From: Polyangia bacterium | GTDB lineage: Bacteria; Myxococcota_A; Polyangia; Palsa-1104; JAEUJZ01 | DNA length: 64,000 bases | Direction: 5' to 3' | Assembly (NCBI GenBank): GCA_046351615.1 | Contig: JAXLYF010000011.1 | Coordinates: 74,882-138,881 of the forward strand | In this document: piece by piece, positions 8,930 through 19,275 of the stretch | How the letters are laid out: each line of letters starts with the position of its first letter | Position numbering within the stretch: the stretch's first letter is position 1 | The notes under the pieces: generated by a model | Told to the model about the DNA's origin: nothing | Seen by the model: only the letters and a program-made list of their open reading frames with translations | The model's database searches: none | Position numbers and translations under genes: made by a program

Positions 8930-10349
8930 CCGCCCGAACGTTGAGCGACTGCTTGTGGCGGCGACGCTCTTCCATCAGCTCCAGCCGAATGCGCAGCGCT
9001 TCTTCATGCGGAATCACCCCTTGCTGCGGAGCGACTTCTCGGGTCGACGGAATCTTCACGTTCGGATCAACGATCCAAAACACGATCACCCGACGCCGTG
9101 CTTCCTTCGCACCTTGGGTCACTTTCAGCATGTTTAGCTTGTGAATGTGCGAGTTCGGGAAGACCACCAAGCGGCCTTTGCTCGTCGCCACCGTGCCGAC
9201 CGGAATCGTCCCTTCATTGACCAGCTCTTCAATCGGACGAGGCCGGCACTGATCAATGTTCCAGAACAGCAGACCCGCTTCTTCGATGGTGTAGGCCCGC
9301 TTAAAGCTCAGGTCGCCGCCTTGCAGGGAGTCATCCCGATCCAGGATGTACACGCAGGTCGCGACGATGTGCTCGTGGCTCATGCCTTCAACGTGCCAGA
9401 CTCCTTCGTGCGTTTCGTTTGCTGCCAGCCGGTATTCGACGATCTTGGGAATGACCAGCAGCTCTTTGCCGTGCAGCGACGCGCCGCTGACTTTTTTCCG
9501 GGTCCGCTTCACCTTTTCCGGCAGCTCGCCCTCATGTTCGATGTCGGCGGTGTCTTCGTGCCAGAACTTGGTCTGCTCGACGTAGCCCACGACGCTTTCG
9601 ATGAGCGGCAGCGCGGTCGAAAACAGCGCAGCCAGGTCGTCATAGACCGCACCAAACTGCGTTCGATCCAGGTTGTTGATGTACGACGCAATCGTGACCG
9701 AGCCATCGCGGCCAATCTGAAACGGCGTCGGCAGCCACTGATAGAGCGACTCCTCGTACGTCCGGCCAAAGCGATCGTAGTCGGGTGATGTCTCGACGGT
9801 CTTTTTGAACGTCTTGGGCAGCACCGAGCGTCCTTCCACAAACGGATACAGCGACGGATGCACGATGTCGCGAACCTTGGTTCCCGATCCTGGGTGATGG
9901 TCCACCGGCAGCTTGTCACAGAGCAGGTCGACGTCCGCTTGCAGTCGCTTCACCAGCTCGGGAGAGACCAGCCCATCGGCAAACGCAACTCCGTCCGGCG
10001 TGGGCGTCCGCAGGTGCTGATCCCAAATGCCCGACAGCGTCGGCGAAGCCACGACCCGCATCCACAGGTCTTCGGTCGATAGCTCCACCTGCGTTTGGGT
10101 GTTGGGGATCCGAAATGTGGCAGCACCGTCTGTCCGGCTGACCAGCTCGAAGGTGTTTTCGTCAGGCAGCTCACCGGAGATGACGTGTTCCTCGCTCACC
10201 TCTTCGATTTCGACGGTGTCGCCCGGGACGGCGCTGTACTCTTCACCGTGACTGAGCAGGTCGTCGATGAACTTGAAGTCAGTCGTATGAGCAAGCTGGA
10301 TCTTGGACATGAGCTCTCCGTTGCGTGCGGCTTTGGGGCTGGTGTGCAT
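8910..10349 (-). CDS. Hypothetical protein, DUF4246-like, possible 2OG-Fe(II)-oxygenase/cupin-type fold
   Basis: 479 aa with no signal peptide. An H-x-E ... H arrangement (WHVEG ... NSHIHKL) and a downstream RRRVIVFW Arg resemble the facial triad plus 2OG-binding Arg. The DUF4246 family assignment is from memory only. Confidence 0.45.
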   Translation of the reverse strand: MHTSPKAARNGELMSKIQLAHTTDFKFIDDLLSHGEEYSAVPGDTVEIEEVSEEHVISGELPDENTFELVSRTDGAATFRIPNTQTQVELSTEDLWMRVVASPTLSGIWDQHLRTPTPDGVAFADGLVSPELVKRLQADVDLLCDKLPVDHHPGSGTKVRDIVHPSLYPFVEGRSVLPKTFKKTVETSPDYDRFGRTYEESLYQWLPTPFQIGRDGSVTIASYINNLDRTQFGAVYDDLAALFSTALPLIESVVGYVEQTKFWHEDTADIEHEGELPEKVKRTRKKVSGASLHGKELLVIPKIVEYRLAANETHEGVWHVEGMSHEHIVATCVYILDRDDSLQGGDLSFKRAYTIEEAGLLFWNIDQCRPRPIEELVNEGTIPVGTVATSKGRLVVFPNSHIHKLNMLKVTQGAKEARRRVIVFWIVDPNVKIPSTREVAPQQGVIPHEEALRIRLELMEERRRHKQSLNVRAVSLCEH

Positions 10350-10404
10350 CAGCGCGATCTGCGCGAGCCATTACAGTAATCGAGTCGACTGACAGCCGGG
10401 ATGT

Positions 10405-12348
10405 CTACAGCGTTTTTCGTACGATGGACTCACCGCTGCCTACCACCACCAGCTCGTTTGGGGTCGTAAAGCCGATGCTGTTGCCCTCGAAGTGAAGCGA
10501 GTGGATGACGGGCGGCTTGCCTTCGTGAAGCTCGATCACCTCACCTCCGCTTACCAGCACCCACAGACCGCGCGGGCTGCTTCGCTCGCCAGCGATCCCG
10601 ACCACCATGCGGTAGTTTCGCTGTCCAAAGCGCAGCTGCGGCAGTGCAACCGACGAAAAGCCGCTGCCATCAAAGCGCAGCAAGGTGGACTGATCGCCGC
10701 CGACGTAGACTTCGCTGCTGCTGACCACATGCACCGCAGCCAGGTCTACCGTCGTTCCGGTGGGCATCAGCGCAAATCCCGAAGGAGCCTTGCGTCGCCA
10801 CGCCGCACCGCCATTGCCCACCGCCCAGACATCGCTGCCTGCGACGCCATCGACATCGTTTACCCAGCCGTAGGTTCCCACGCTGAGAAGCCGCGTAAAG
10901 CTGCCGCTCTGGTAGCTGACGATGCCGGACTGACCGACGAAGATCAGCTCGCCGGTGTCGGGGCTCTGCCAGCTCTGACTCATCCAGAAGCTCGCAGCGG
11001 CGGTGGCTTTGGGCTCAAAGCGCGCTCCGTTCCAGTAGAGCACCGCATCGGCGCTGGAGCTGGTGCTGACCGCCCACGCATGGGTCGCGTCGATCGGCAA
11101 GATGCCGCCGACTTCGAGCTTGTCATGCGGCGTCTTTTGCCAGGGGCCGCCGCGCATCTTGCGCAGAAGGGATCCGCCTGCGACTGACCACTCGACACCG
11201 TCTTTGGCTCGGATGCCTCCGGCGAAGGTGTAGTCGCTGCCCGGTCCTGCGTTCTCTACGACCCAGCCTGTGCCACTGCGAGTCAGGATGCGACCGTAGG
11301 TGCCGACGCCAACGCCGGTGCTGCCGATGCTGGTGATGCTGCGGACCGAGCGCTCGCGGCTCGATTCGGTGACGGACCATGCGGTTCCATCAAAGTGACC
11401 GATGCCCGCGTTGCCAAACAGCCAGACATCACCTGCGGACGTTGACTCGACGGCGCACTGGTTTTGGGCCAGCTGCCGCACCGCGTCCGGCATCATCACC
11501 CGCACGAAGTCTTTGCCGTTCCACTTTCGCAGCGGATAGGGCTCTTGCGGGACGCAGGCGTACACCGCATCCGTTGTCTTGCCGCTGATTCCCGTTGCGG
11601 CATGTGATCCCAGGTTGGTGTCGAGATCTGCAACGGTCCACGCCGAGCCATTCCAGAACTGCACCACGCCCGCGTGTGTCATCCACAGGTGTGACGCGTC
11701 GACGCTGTGCAGGTACGTCTTCGTGGTCGGTGCATACGGAGCCGTCACGGCCTGCCACACGCTGCCGCTGCGCCGATACAGGACTTTTTCGCCTGCAATC
11801 CACGCTTCGCTACCCGCTGGCATCGTGACGTCATACAGGTTGGCGCTGGTGCCCAGATCGACCGAGCGCCAGCTTGTGCCGTCGTACGCAATCACCGTTC
11901 CCGCATCGCCAACCGCCAGGATGCTGCTGCGGCTCTGACCTGCGATGCCGTACAGCGAGTGGCGCGTCGGCGATGGGGTGATGTTCCAGCTTGTGCCATC
12001 GAAGTGCAGGATCGCGCCGCTTTCCCCCACCGCCCAGACATCGGTCGGGGATGACGCCCACACATCGTTTAGCGTGATGCCAAACCGACTCGGATGCTCA
12101 AAGCAAAAGCCCGTCGCCGTACACAGCGCGCCCACGGGAGTCGTGCCGCCGTCTCCACCATCGGGCACCTGGCTCAGATCGGGCAGTCCACCATCACCGA
12201 CGCTGCCATCAGGGCGCGGCAGGCCAAGGTCGGAAGGGTCTTGGCCCAAGTCTCGCTCGTTGTTTCCTGTGGAGTGACAGCCCAGCCCCAAGCTCATCGA
12301 CACCACCGCCGAGGCCAGCCACGCGAACTGCTTTGTCTTCACGGTCAC
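10405..12348 (-). CDS. Beta-propeller-type repeat lipoprotein (Ycf48/BNR-like repeats)
   Basis: MTVKTKQFAWLASAVVSMSLGLGC lipobox. The body has many repeats of the form G-x-x-G-x-I-x-x-x-D-G-x-x-W (e.g. GESGAILHFDGTSW, GDAGTVIAYDGTSW, GNAGIGHFDGTAW). Confidence 0.6.
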   Translation of the reverse strand: MTVKTKQFAWLASAVVSMSLGLGCHSTGNNERDLGQDPSDLGLPRPDGSVGDGGLPDLSQVPDGGDGGTTPVGALCTATGFCFEHPSRFGITLNDVWASSPTDVWAVGESGAILHFDGTSWNITPSPTRHSLYGIAGQSRSSILAVGDAGTVIAYDGTSWRSVDLGTSANLYDVTMPAGSEAWIAGEKVLYRRSGSVWQAVTAPYAPTTKTYLHSVDASHLWMTHAGVVQFWNGSAWTVADLDTNLGSHAATGISGKTTDAVYACVPQEPYPLRKWNGKDFVRVMMPDAVRQLAQNQCAVESTSAGDVWLFGNAGIGHFDGTAWSVTESSRERSVRSITSIGSTGVGVGTYGRILTRSGTGWVVENAGPGSDYTFAGGIRAKDGVEWSVAGGSLLRKMRGGPWQKTPHDKLEVGGILPIDATHAWAVSTSSSADAVLYWNGARFEPKATAAASFWMSQSWQSPDTGELIFVGQSGIVSYQSGSFTRLLSVGTYGWVNDVDGVAGSDVWAVGNGGAAWRRKAPSGFALMPTGTTVDLAAVHVVSSSEVYVGGDQSTLLRFDGSGFSSVALPQLRFGQRNYRMVVGIAGERSSPRGLWVLVSGGEVIELHEGKPPVIHSLHFEGNSIGFTTPNELVVVGSGESIVRKTL

Positions 12349-12475
12349 ACGCTCTTTCTACGGATGAATGTGCGCGAAGCTGTACCACGACTTGCGCCAT
12401 CGGCAGCGTGCCTTGGCTCATCGGCCCGACCGCGTGCGGTAGGGACGGTCCCGCGCGCAGCGAAAGCCCTTGCGC

Positions 12476-13171
12476 ATGGAATCAGGGATAGACTGGTGGC
12501 AGGATCCAAGCTCGGTTGTGAATCGTCAAAAGGCTCTACGTATCGCGGTGATCGCTCTGGTGGTGGTGGTGCTGGTCGTGGCCTACCGGACCGGGGTGCT
12601 TGCCCGGTTTTCCAGTCGCCAGCTTGCGCAGCAGACGCTGCTTGGGCTGGGAGGTCTTGGCTATCTGGCCTTCATTTTGGCCTACACCGCGCTTCAGCCG
12701 TTTGGCATTCCCGGTACGATCTTTGTGTTCGTTGCGCCGCTCATCTGGCCGTTTCAGACCGCGTTTGCGCTGTCGATGATCGGCACGATGTCAGCCAGCG
12801 TGGTCGGCTTTTCCTTTTCCCGCTTTGTCGCGCGCGACTGGCTGGCTCCCAAGATTCCAGCCCGCTTTGCCCGCTACAACGACGACCTGGAGCGCCGCGC
12901 CTTTGTGACCGTGGTCCTTCTGCGCATGGTCTTCTGGATGTCGCAGCCGCTGCATGCCTTCCTGGGCCTGTCGAAAGTTCCGTTCTGGACGCACTTTTGG
13001 GGCTCCTTTGCGGGGTATCTGCCTGTGCTGGCTGCAACCAGCTACTTTGGCCCCGCGCTGATTGACTGGATGAAGGCACATCCGCTGCTCGGCCTGCTGA
13101 TCTTGGCGACGCTGTTTCTGCTGATCGTTGCGTGGCACTACCGCAAGCTGTCGCGTCCTGTCGTTCGCTAG
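12476..13171 (+). CDS. TVP38/TMEM64 (DedA-related) family membrane protein
   Basis: Multi-TM protein with the FGIPGT motif and overall DedA/TVP38 topology. Confidence 0.7.
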   Translation: MESGIDWWQDPSSVVNRQKALRIAVIALVVVVLVVAYRTGVLARFSSRQLAQQTLLGLGGLGYLAFILAYTALQPFGIPGTIFVFVAPLIWPFQTAFALSMIGTMSASVVGFSFSRFVARDWLAPKIPARFARYNDDLERRAFVTVVLLRMVFWMSQPLHAFLGLSKVPFWTHFWGSFAGYLPVLAATSYFGPALIDWMKAHPLLGLLILATLFLLIVAWHYRKLSRPVVR

Positions 13172-13270
13172 CGTCCGAGCGGCTTTTTCAATCGGCTTCC
13201 CATCCTCCGTGGTATGTGACTGCCTTCCCGTTTCGCGAAGGCAACCCCCCGTGCTTTGGAGGCGTGCAGG

Positions 13271-14959
13271 ATGCGCAAGGTTCTCTGTAGAACAACCCGC
13301 CAGCGTCAGGGACTGCGCGTCCTTGGACTGGGCCTTCTTGCTGCGTCGCTCGGCGGCTGCGCGCCAGACCTGGACGTTCATTCGTCCGCGCCAGCTGTCT
13401 CAGCCGCCCCGCCTCAGCTTCAGCGGCTGACCAGCAGTCGCTATCTGTCCACCCTGCACAGTCTGTTTGAGGTCGAGGGCTTTGCGGCCCTGCGCTGGCC
13501 CACCCAGCTGGAGCGCGACACCTTGCTGCACGGCTATTCGACCGTCGGCGCCACTGAGCTGACCATCTCGCCCCGTGCTGCCGAGCTGTACGAAGATGCG
13601 GCGCTCGATCTGACCGGACAGGTCTTTGCCGAATCCGCCCGGCGCAGAGCCTGGGTCGGCTGCGAGCCCAAGTCGAGTGAGCCGAGCGATGACTGCGTGC
13701 GCTCGTTTGTGCAGAACACCGGCGCGCGCTTTTATCGCAGGCCGCTCACCACGCAAGAGCAGGACGAGTACCTGACCCTCATCGAAAAGACCGGCAAGGA
13801 GCTGGGCGATCCCTGGCAGGGCCTGCGCTTTGCGACCGTCGCCTGGCTCCAGTCTCCGCACGTCCTGTATCTGGTGGAGCAAGGCGAGCCCGATCCCGAC
13901 CGACCCGACCGCCTGCGCCTGACCGGCCATGAGCTGGCGACCCGACTGTCCTATCTTCTGTGGAATACCTCTCCCGATGACGAGCTGTTGCGTGCCGCCC
14001 AGTCCGATGAGCTGCTGACGGAGGAAGGCCTTTTGCGGCAGACCCGGCGGCTGCTGCAGTCGCCCAAGGCGCAGCCCTTTACCGACCAGTTTTTTGGCGA
14101 GTTTTTGTACCTCGATCGGCTCGATACGGTCAGCAAAGACGCCAAGCTGTTTCCAGAGTGGACGCCCCAGCTTGCCACTGCGATGCGCGGCGAGCTGCTG
14201 CGCCTTTTGCGCGAGCTGGCCCAGTCTGATGCGCATGACATGCGTGAGCTGTTTGATACCCGCACCACCTTCGTCAACGGAGAGCTGGCCAGCCACTACG
14301 GACTGCCTGCGGAGCTGACTCCACCACCGGGCATCTGGAAACAGATCGAGCTTCCCAGCGCCATGCAGCCCGGACTGCTTGGGCGCGCCGGAATCCTGTC
14401 TCTGTTTGCGCATGCGACCGTGACTTCACCGACCCTGCGCGGCAAGTTCATTCGTCAGCAGATCCTGTGTCAGGACATTCCGCCGCCGCCGCCAGGTGCT
14501 GCCGTCAACTTGGAAGCCGATACCGCTGGTGGGCCCAAGACCATGCGCGAAAAGCTGGCCAAGCATCGCGACGCCGCAGGGTGTGAGGGCTGTCATCGCA
14601 TGATGGACCCGATTGGACTTGCGCTCGAGCACTTCGGACCGACCGGCAAATACCGCGACAACGACAGCGGCCTGCCGATCGATCCCAGCGGAGAGCTGGA
14701 TGGAAAGCCGTTTGCGGACAGCCAAGAGCTGGCGTCCTTGCTTCGCCAAAGTCCGCGCATTGCAGAGTGTCTGACCCGTCAGCTCTATCGCTACGCCACC
14801 GCCCACTTGGAGCTACACAGCGAGCAGGAACAGATCCTCCTCCTCGGTCGGAAGTTTGCGCAAAACGGCTTCCGCTTCCCGCAGCTTGTGGAGTCTTTGG
14901 TGCTCAGCGAAGGATTCCGTTACGCCGCCCGGCCCCTGCTTTCGACGGACAGCGAGTAA
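13271..14959 (+). CDS. DUF1592/DUF1595/DUF1587/DUF1588/DUF1585 (PSD1-type) protein with c-type heme motif
   Basis: Signal peptide or lipobox LGGCAP. There is a CEGCH (CxxCH) motif encoded near 14582..14596. The gene pairs with the downstream DUF1552 gene, as in Planctomycetes and Myxococcota. Confidence 0.7.
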   Translation: MRKVLCRTTRQRQGLRVLGLGLLAASLGGCAPDLDVHSSAPAVSAAPPQLQRLTSSRYLSTLHSLFEVEGFAALRWPTQLERDTLLHGYSTVGATELTISPRAAELYEDAALDLTGQVFAESARRRAWVGCEPKSSEPSDDCVRSFVQNTGARFYRRPLTTQEQDEYLTLIEKTGKELGDPWQGLRFATVAWLQSPHVLYLVEQGEPDPDRPDRLRLTGHELATRLSYLLWNTSPDDELLRAAQSDELLTEEGLLRQTRRLLQSPKAQPFTDQFFGEFLYLDRLDTVSKDAKLFPEWTPQLATAMRGELLRLLRELAQSDAHDMRELFDTRTTFVNGELASHYGLPAELTPPPGIWKQIELPSAMQPGLLGRAGILSLFAHATVTSPTLRGKFIRQQILCQDIPPPPPGAAVNLEADTAGGPKTMREKLAKHRDAAGCEGCHRMMDPIGLALEHFGPTGKYRDNDSGLPIDPSGELDGKPFADSQELASLLRQSPRIAECLTRQLYRYATAHLELHSEQEQILLLGRKFAQNGFRFPQLVESLVLSEGFRYAARPLLSTDSE

Positions 14960-14968
14960 GAGGTCATC

Positions 14969-16279
14969 ATGTCCAGAATCATCATCCCCCGACGGACGTT
15001 TCTCAAAGGCATGCTGCACGGCGCCCAGGTTGCGCTGGCGCTTCCGCTGCTTGAGTCGATGACCCCAGCGCGTGCAGAGGCGACCGCACCACGTCGCTGC
15101 GGTCTGTGGTTTTGGGGCAACGGCATTCGTCGTGCGCACTGGATTCCCAAGACCACCGGAATGGACTGGGATGCACCCGAAGAGCTGGCTCCGCTTGCGA
15201 GCGTGCGCCGCTACGTCAACGTCATCACCGGCCTAGAGATCAAGACCGCGACCCATCCGCATCACTCGGGCATGACCGGCATCCTAACCGGTGCCAAGTA
15301 TCACCAAGTCGGCACCACCCGCGACACCATCGTCACCACCTGTGCACAGAAGACCGTCGATCAGGTCGCGGCGGACCACCTGGGACAGGGCACTCCCTTC
15401 CGATCCCTGGAGCTTGGCATCTGTCGCTTTCGCGGCACCGATGAAGGAACGACCTTCCAGCACCTGTCCCACAACGGTCCGAACAACGTCAATCCGTCCG
15501 AGTACTCGGCGCCTGCGCTGTTCAATCGGCTGTTTCCCAAGCTTCCGAACCCGGCAGAGCTGTCGGCGCGGCGCAGCGTGCTCGATGCAGTTCGTGGTCA
15601 GGTCAGTCGGCTGCGTGGACAGGTCTCTGCGCTCGATCGGCAGCGGCTCGAGCAGCACACCGAAAGCATTCGCAGCATCGAGCGTCGGCTGGAGATGACT
15701 GCCCAGACGTGTCAGGCTCCGTCTCGCCCCAGCGACCATCCCGATGTCATGGGTCAAGAGCAGATCGAGCAGCACAACCAAGTGATGAGCGACCTGCTCG
15801 CGCTGGCGCTGTCGTGCGATCTGACCCGCGTGTTCTCGGTGCTGTTTAGCAGTGCCGGGTCCGGCGTGATTGTCTGGCAAGCGGGCGCAATGAACGGCCT
15901 GCATCAGCTCTGTCATGACGAGCCCGCGCCGCAGCCAGTGGTGCATCAAGCCATCGTCTTTACGATGAAGCAGCTTGGTTACTTCCTTTCGCGCCTGCGC
16001 GACACGCCAGAGCTTGGCGGCAACCTGCTCGATAGCTGCGCGATCCTGTGTACCACCGAGCTGTCCGAAGGAAACGTCCACAGCAACGACGAGTTCCCGA
16101 TCCTGACGGCGGGTCTTGCGGGCGGCAAGCTGCGCGGCGGACTGCACGTCCGATCCACAGCCAAAGGAAACACCAGCCTGGTGCCGCTCACGGTCCTGCA
16201 AGCGGCGGGCTGTCCGATCGCAAGCTTTGGCTACGGACCCGGTCGCGTCGATGAAGGACTTAGCGACCTCTTGGTGTAA
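14969..16279 (+). CDS. DUF1552 family protein (Tat-signal), partner of PSD1-type protein
   Basis: MSRIIIPRRTFLKGML has a twin-arginine-like signal. The gene starts 10 bp after the previous stop, and an AGAGG RBS is present. Confidence 0.7.
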   Translation: MSRIIIPRRTFLKGMLHGAQVALALPLLESMTPARAEATAPRRCGLWFWGNGIRRAHWIPKTTGMDWDAPEELAPLASVRRYVNVITGLEIKTATHPHHSGMTGILTGAKYHQVGTTRDTIVTTCAQKTVDQVAADHLGQGTPFRSLELGICRFRGTDEGTTFQHLSHNGPNNVNPSEYSAPALFNRLFPKLPNPAELSARRSVLDAVRGQVSRLRGQVSALDRQRLEQHTESIRSIERRLEMTAQTCQAPSRPSDHPDVMGQEQIEQHNQVMSDLLALALSCDLTRVFSVLFSSAGSGVIVWQAGAMNGLHQLCHDEPAPQPVVHQAIVFTMKQLGYFLSRLRDTPELGGNLLDSCAILCTTELSEGNVHSNDEFPILTAGLAGGKLRGGLHVRSTAKGNTSLVPLTVLQAAGCPIASFGYGPGRVDEGLSDLLV

Positions 16280-16324
16280 AGAGGGCTTCGTCCCTTCGCC
16301 TGCGCCTTCCCTCCTGGCTGGCTC

Positions 16325-18184
16325 CTAGACCGACAGTCCGAACTGCTGATCTTGATACAGCCGGTCTAGGTCCGGTCGGTACTTCTCTTCCACCTCGCGG
16401 CGTCGCACCTTCATCGTGGGCGTTAGCTCGCCGTGTTCCTGGCACAGATCGCGCGGCAGGATCAGCACCCGCCGCACTTGCTCAACGTGGGCCAGGTGCT
16501 CGTTGCCCCTGCGAATCGCCGCGAGCAGCCGCTCGGCAAACGCCTGACTCTGCACAATCGGCTCCATCGCCTGCGCCAGTGCCTCACTGCGCGCGCTCGG
16601 ATTGGCCACAAGCTCCTCGGTGCGCGCCTTCACCTCGGCTTTGCTCACCAGGCCGCGATCGAGTCCCCAGTCGAGCGTCTCCAGCGGGCTCGGCGCGATG
16701 ATGGCGCTGACGTAGGGCCGCATGTCCCCGTGCGCGATCACATGGCTGATGAGCGGATCGGTGCTCTTGAGGGCAGACTCGATGTTCCCCGGAGACAGGT
16801 TCTTTCCACCCGCCGTGATGATCAGGTGTTTTTTGCGGTCGGTGATGCGCAAAAAGCCATCGGCATCGATCGAGCCAATGTCGCCGGTATGCAGCCAGCC
16901 ATCGACAATCGCTTGGGCCGTCGCTTCCGGGTTGCGATAGTAGCCTTGGAACACCTGCGGACCGCGAATCAGGATCTCGCCATCGTCCGCCAGCTTCTGT
17001 TCCAGTCCCGACAGCAGCCGTCCCACTGTTCCCAGCCGTGCCGACTCCAGCGTGTTTACGTGCGTCACAGCGGTGGCTTCGGTCATTCCGTACGCTTCCA
17101 GGATCGGCATCCCGGCGGCCCAGAAAAAGCGCAGCACATCCTTGGGCGTCGGTGCCGCACCCACGATGAAGTAGCGCACCCGACCCCCGAAAAACGCGCG
17201 AATCTTGCGCCACAGCAGCCGATCCGCCACTTGATGCTGAAGCGCAAGCGACCACGGGATCGGCTCACCGGCTTGCTGCTTGTCCAGTCGCTCGCCGCTC
17301 ACCTGACGGGCCCACGCAAACAGGCTGCGTACTGGAGCCGGCTTGCGCTCCACCTCCGTCAGGATCTTGCTGTACGCCTTTTCAAAGATGCGCGGCACCG
17401 ATCCAAACACCGTCGGACCTACCTCACGTAGCTCTTCAAGCAGGCGGCTCATGCTGCTGGCAAAGGCCGTGGCCACGCCGGTCGAAACCCGCCCATAAAA
17501 CGACAGCACCCGCTCTGCCGAGTGCGCCATCGGTAGAAAGCTGATCGTCAGGTCATCCGCGAAAAAGCTCGCAAAGCCCTTGTTGTTCCCGAGCAGCGCC
17601 AGCAGGTTTCGGTGCGTCAGCATCGCGCCCTTGGGCGGCCCAGTCGTCCCTGAGGTGTAGATCAGGATCGCCGTGTCGTCCGGTGAGATGGCGGACAGCG
17701 ACTCACTGACCTGCTGTGGCGTCAGCGCAGGCACTTCCAGCACACTGGGCGACTGAAGCCGCGGATCGGTCCCTTGATACCGCACATGCAGCGCCTCATC
17801 CCACGGGATGATCGTGGTCAGGCTTGGCAGATCGCTCGCGGCACGGAGCACGCACTGTAGCTCGGACTCATCGCCGACCAGCACCACCTGCGCTTGGCTG
17901 TGGTCGAGCAGGTAGCGAATCTGCTCCTCTGTCTGTCCCTGATAGATGCCGAAGCTGACCAGCCCCAGCATCTGCGCCGCCAGGTCGTACAAAGACCACG
18001 GCAGCTTGGTCGGTCCGACGATCGCCAGCCGGTCCCCTCGCCGCAGCGACAGCTTGCGCAGCCCCGCCGCGATCCGCAGGACCTTTTGATAGGCCTGCGC
18101 CCAGGTGTACGGTCGCCAGCCGCTGCCTTCTCGCTCGAAGAAGGCTTGCCGGTCCGGGGTGGCTTCGACTCGCTTGCGCAGCAT
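16325..18184 (-). CDS. Long-chain fatty-acid--CoA ligase (AMP-dependent synthetase/ligase)
   Basis: The AMP-binding motif YTSGTTGPPKGAMLTHRNL is present and the length is about 620 aa. The start is taken at the internal ATG (MLRKRVEATPDRQAFF). Confidence 0.8.
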   Translation of the reverse strand: MLRKRVEATPDRQAFFEREGSGWRPYTWAQAYQKVLRIAAGLRKLSLRRGDRLAIVGPTKLPWSLYDLAAQMLGLVSFGIYQGQTEEQIRYLLDHSQAQVVLVGDESELQCVLRAASDLPSLTTIIPWDEALHVRYQGTDPRLQSPSVLEVPALTPQQVSESLSAISPDDTAILIYTSGTTGPPKGAMLTHRNLLALLGNNKGFASFFADDLTISFLPMAHSAERVLSFYGRVSTGVATAFASSMSRLLEELREVGPTVFGSVPRIFEKAYSKILTEVERKPAPVRSLFAWARQVSGERLDKQQAGEPIPWSLALQHQVADRLLWRKIRAFFGGRVRYFIVGAAPTPKDVLRFFWAAGMPILEAYGMTEATAVTHVNTLESARLGTVGRLLSGLEQKLADDGEILIRGPQVFQGYYRNPEATAQAIVDGWLHTGDIGSIDADGFLRITDRKKHLIITAGGKNLSPGNIESALKSTDPLISHVIAHGDMRPYVSAIIAPSPLETLDWGLDRGLVSKAEVKARTEELVANPSARSEALAQAMEPIVQSQAFAERLLAAIRRGNEHLAHVEQVRRVLILPRDLCQEHGELTPTMKVRRREVEEKYRPDLDRLYQDQQFGLSV

Positions 18185-18294
18185 ATCGCCGAGCGTGCGC
18201 GACGAGTGCGAGATGTGAAGCGCGGGCACATGCGGAGCATTTACCGAAAGCATCGCGCCGCCAGAGTATGCAAATCTGCGCGGCGCCCCAACGG

Positions 18295-19194
18295 CTAATT
18301 GTGCAGGGTCTGCGCGAAGAACGCCGCGACGTGCTGGGTATACCCAGCCGGGTCGGCATCAAAGCCCGCCGCGTGACGGGCCCCGGGCTGAATCCACACC
18401 GCCGAGCCGGGGAGCTGTGCCGCCATTTCCTGCGAGTCACTCGGCGCAATCAGCGTGTCGTCCGCCGCGTGCGTAAACAGCACCTTTCCCTTGATGGCGG
18501 GCACATGATCCACCGGCCTGACCGACAGCACATCCGTGCCGAGCCACAGCCGCGCCACCAGTCGCGCCGCAGGCATCACCAGCGAGGGCAGGTGGGTGCG
18601 ACGGTGCCACTCTCTGCGCATCAGTCGTCCGAAGTCGGCATAGCCACAGTCGGCGATGACGGCGGGTACCTGCGGATCTTGGGCCGCTGCCAGCAGCACA
18701 GACGCCGCGCCCATCGACACACCATGCAGACCAATCTGGCTGCGGCTGTAGCCTTGGCCCGTCAGGTAGTCGACTCCGCCGAGCACGTCTCGGCTTTCGT
18801 GAACGCCAAAGCTAAAGCGCGCATCCGACGACTGACCGTGTCCGCGCAGATCGATCGCCAGCAGTGCAAAGCCCTGCTTGTGTAGTGCGTCCAGAAACTC
18901 CAGGTTGCGACGGTGCTGTTCGTTGGTGCGACTGCCATCTTTGCCGTGCACCATCACCAGCGCGGCGCGGTGGCTGTCGTGCGGTAGATACCAGCCGGCC
19001 AGCTGCGCATCGCCGCCACGGGCCGGAAAGCGGACATCTTGGTAGATCAGTCCGAGCTGTCCGGGGTTTTTGCTGGTGTCGAAGTTGCGCTGTGGCTTGC
19101 TGAGCACCGCCACCACCGCAAAGCCCAAGGCAACGTACAAGAGCGCCGCAGCCAGAAAGAGGCGACCAAGCAGGCGAAGAGCGGGCGACTTCAT
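18295..19194 (-). CDS. Alpha/beta hydrolase with N-terminal membrane anchor
   Basis: Nucleophile elbow GVSMGA (G-x-S-x-G), a downstream Asp/His, and one N-terminal TM helix. Confidence 0.65.
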   Translation of the reverse strand: MKSPALRLLGRLFLAAALLYVALGFAVVAVLSKPQRNFDTSKNPGQLGLIYQDVRFPARGGDAQLAGWYLPHDSHRAALVMVHGKDGSRTNEQHRRNLEFLDALHKQGFALLAIDLRGHGQSSDARFSFGVHESRDVLGGVDYLTGQGYSRSQIGLHGVSMGAASVLLAAAQDPQVPAVIADCGYADFGRLMRREWHRRTHLPSLVMPAARLVARLWLGTDVLSVRPVDHVPAIKGKVLFTHAADDTLIAPSDSQEMAAQLPGSAVWIQPGARHAAGFDADPAGYTQHVAAFFAQTLHN

Positions 19195-19275
19195 CAGCAA
19201 CTCCGGTCCGACGCACCACCGCGTCGAGAAAACAGGGACGTGGCTCTACTGTAGCGCGGATCGCAGGTAGGGGGA

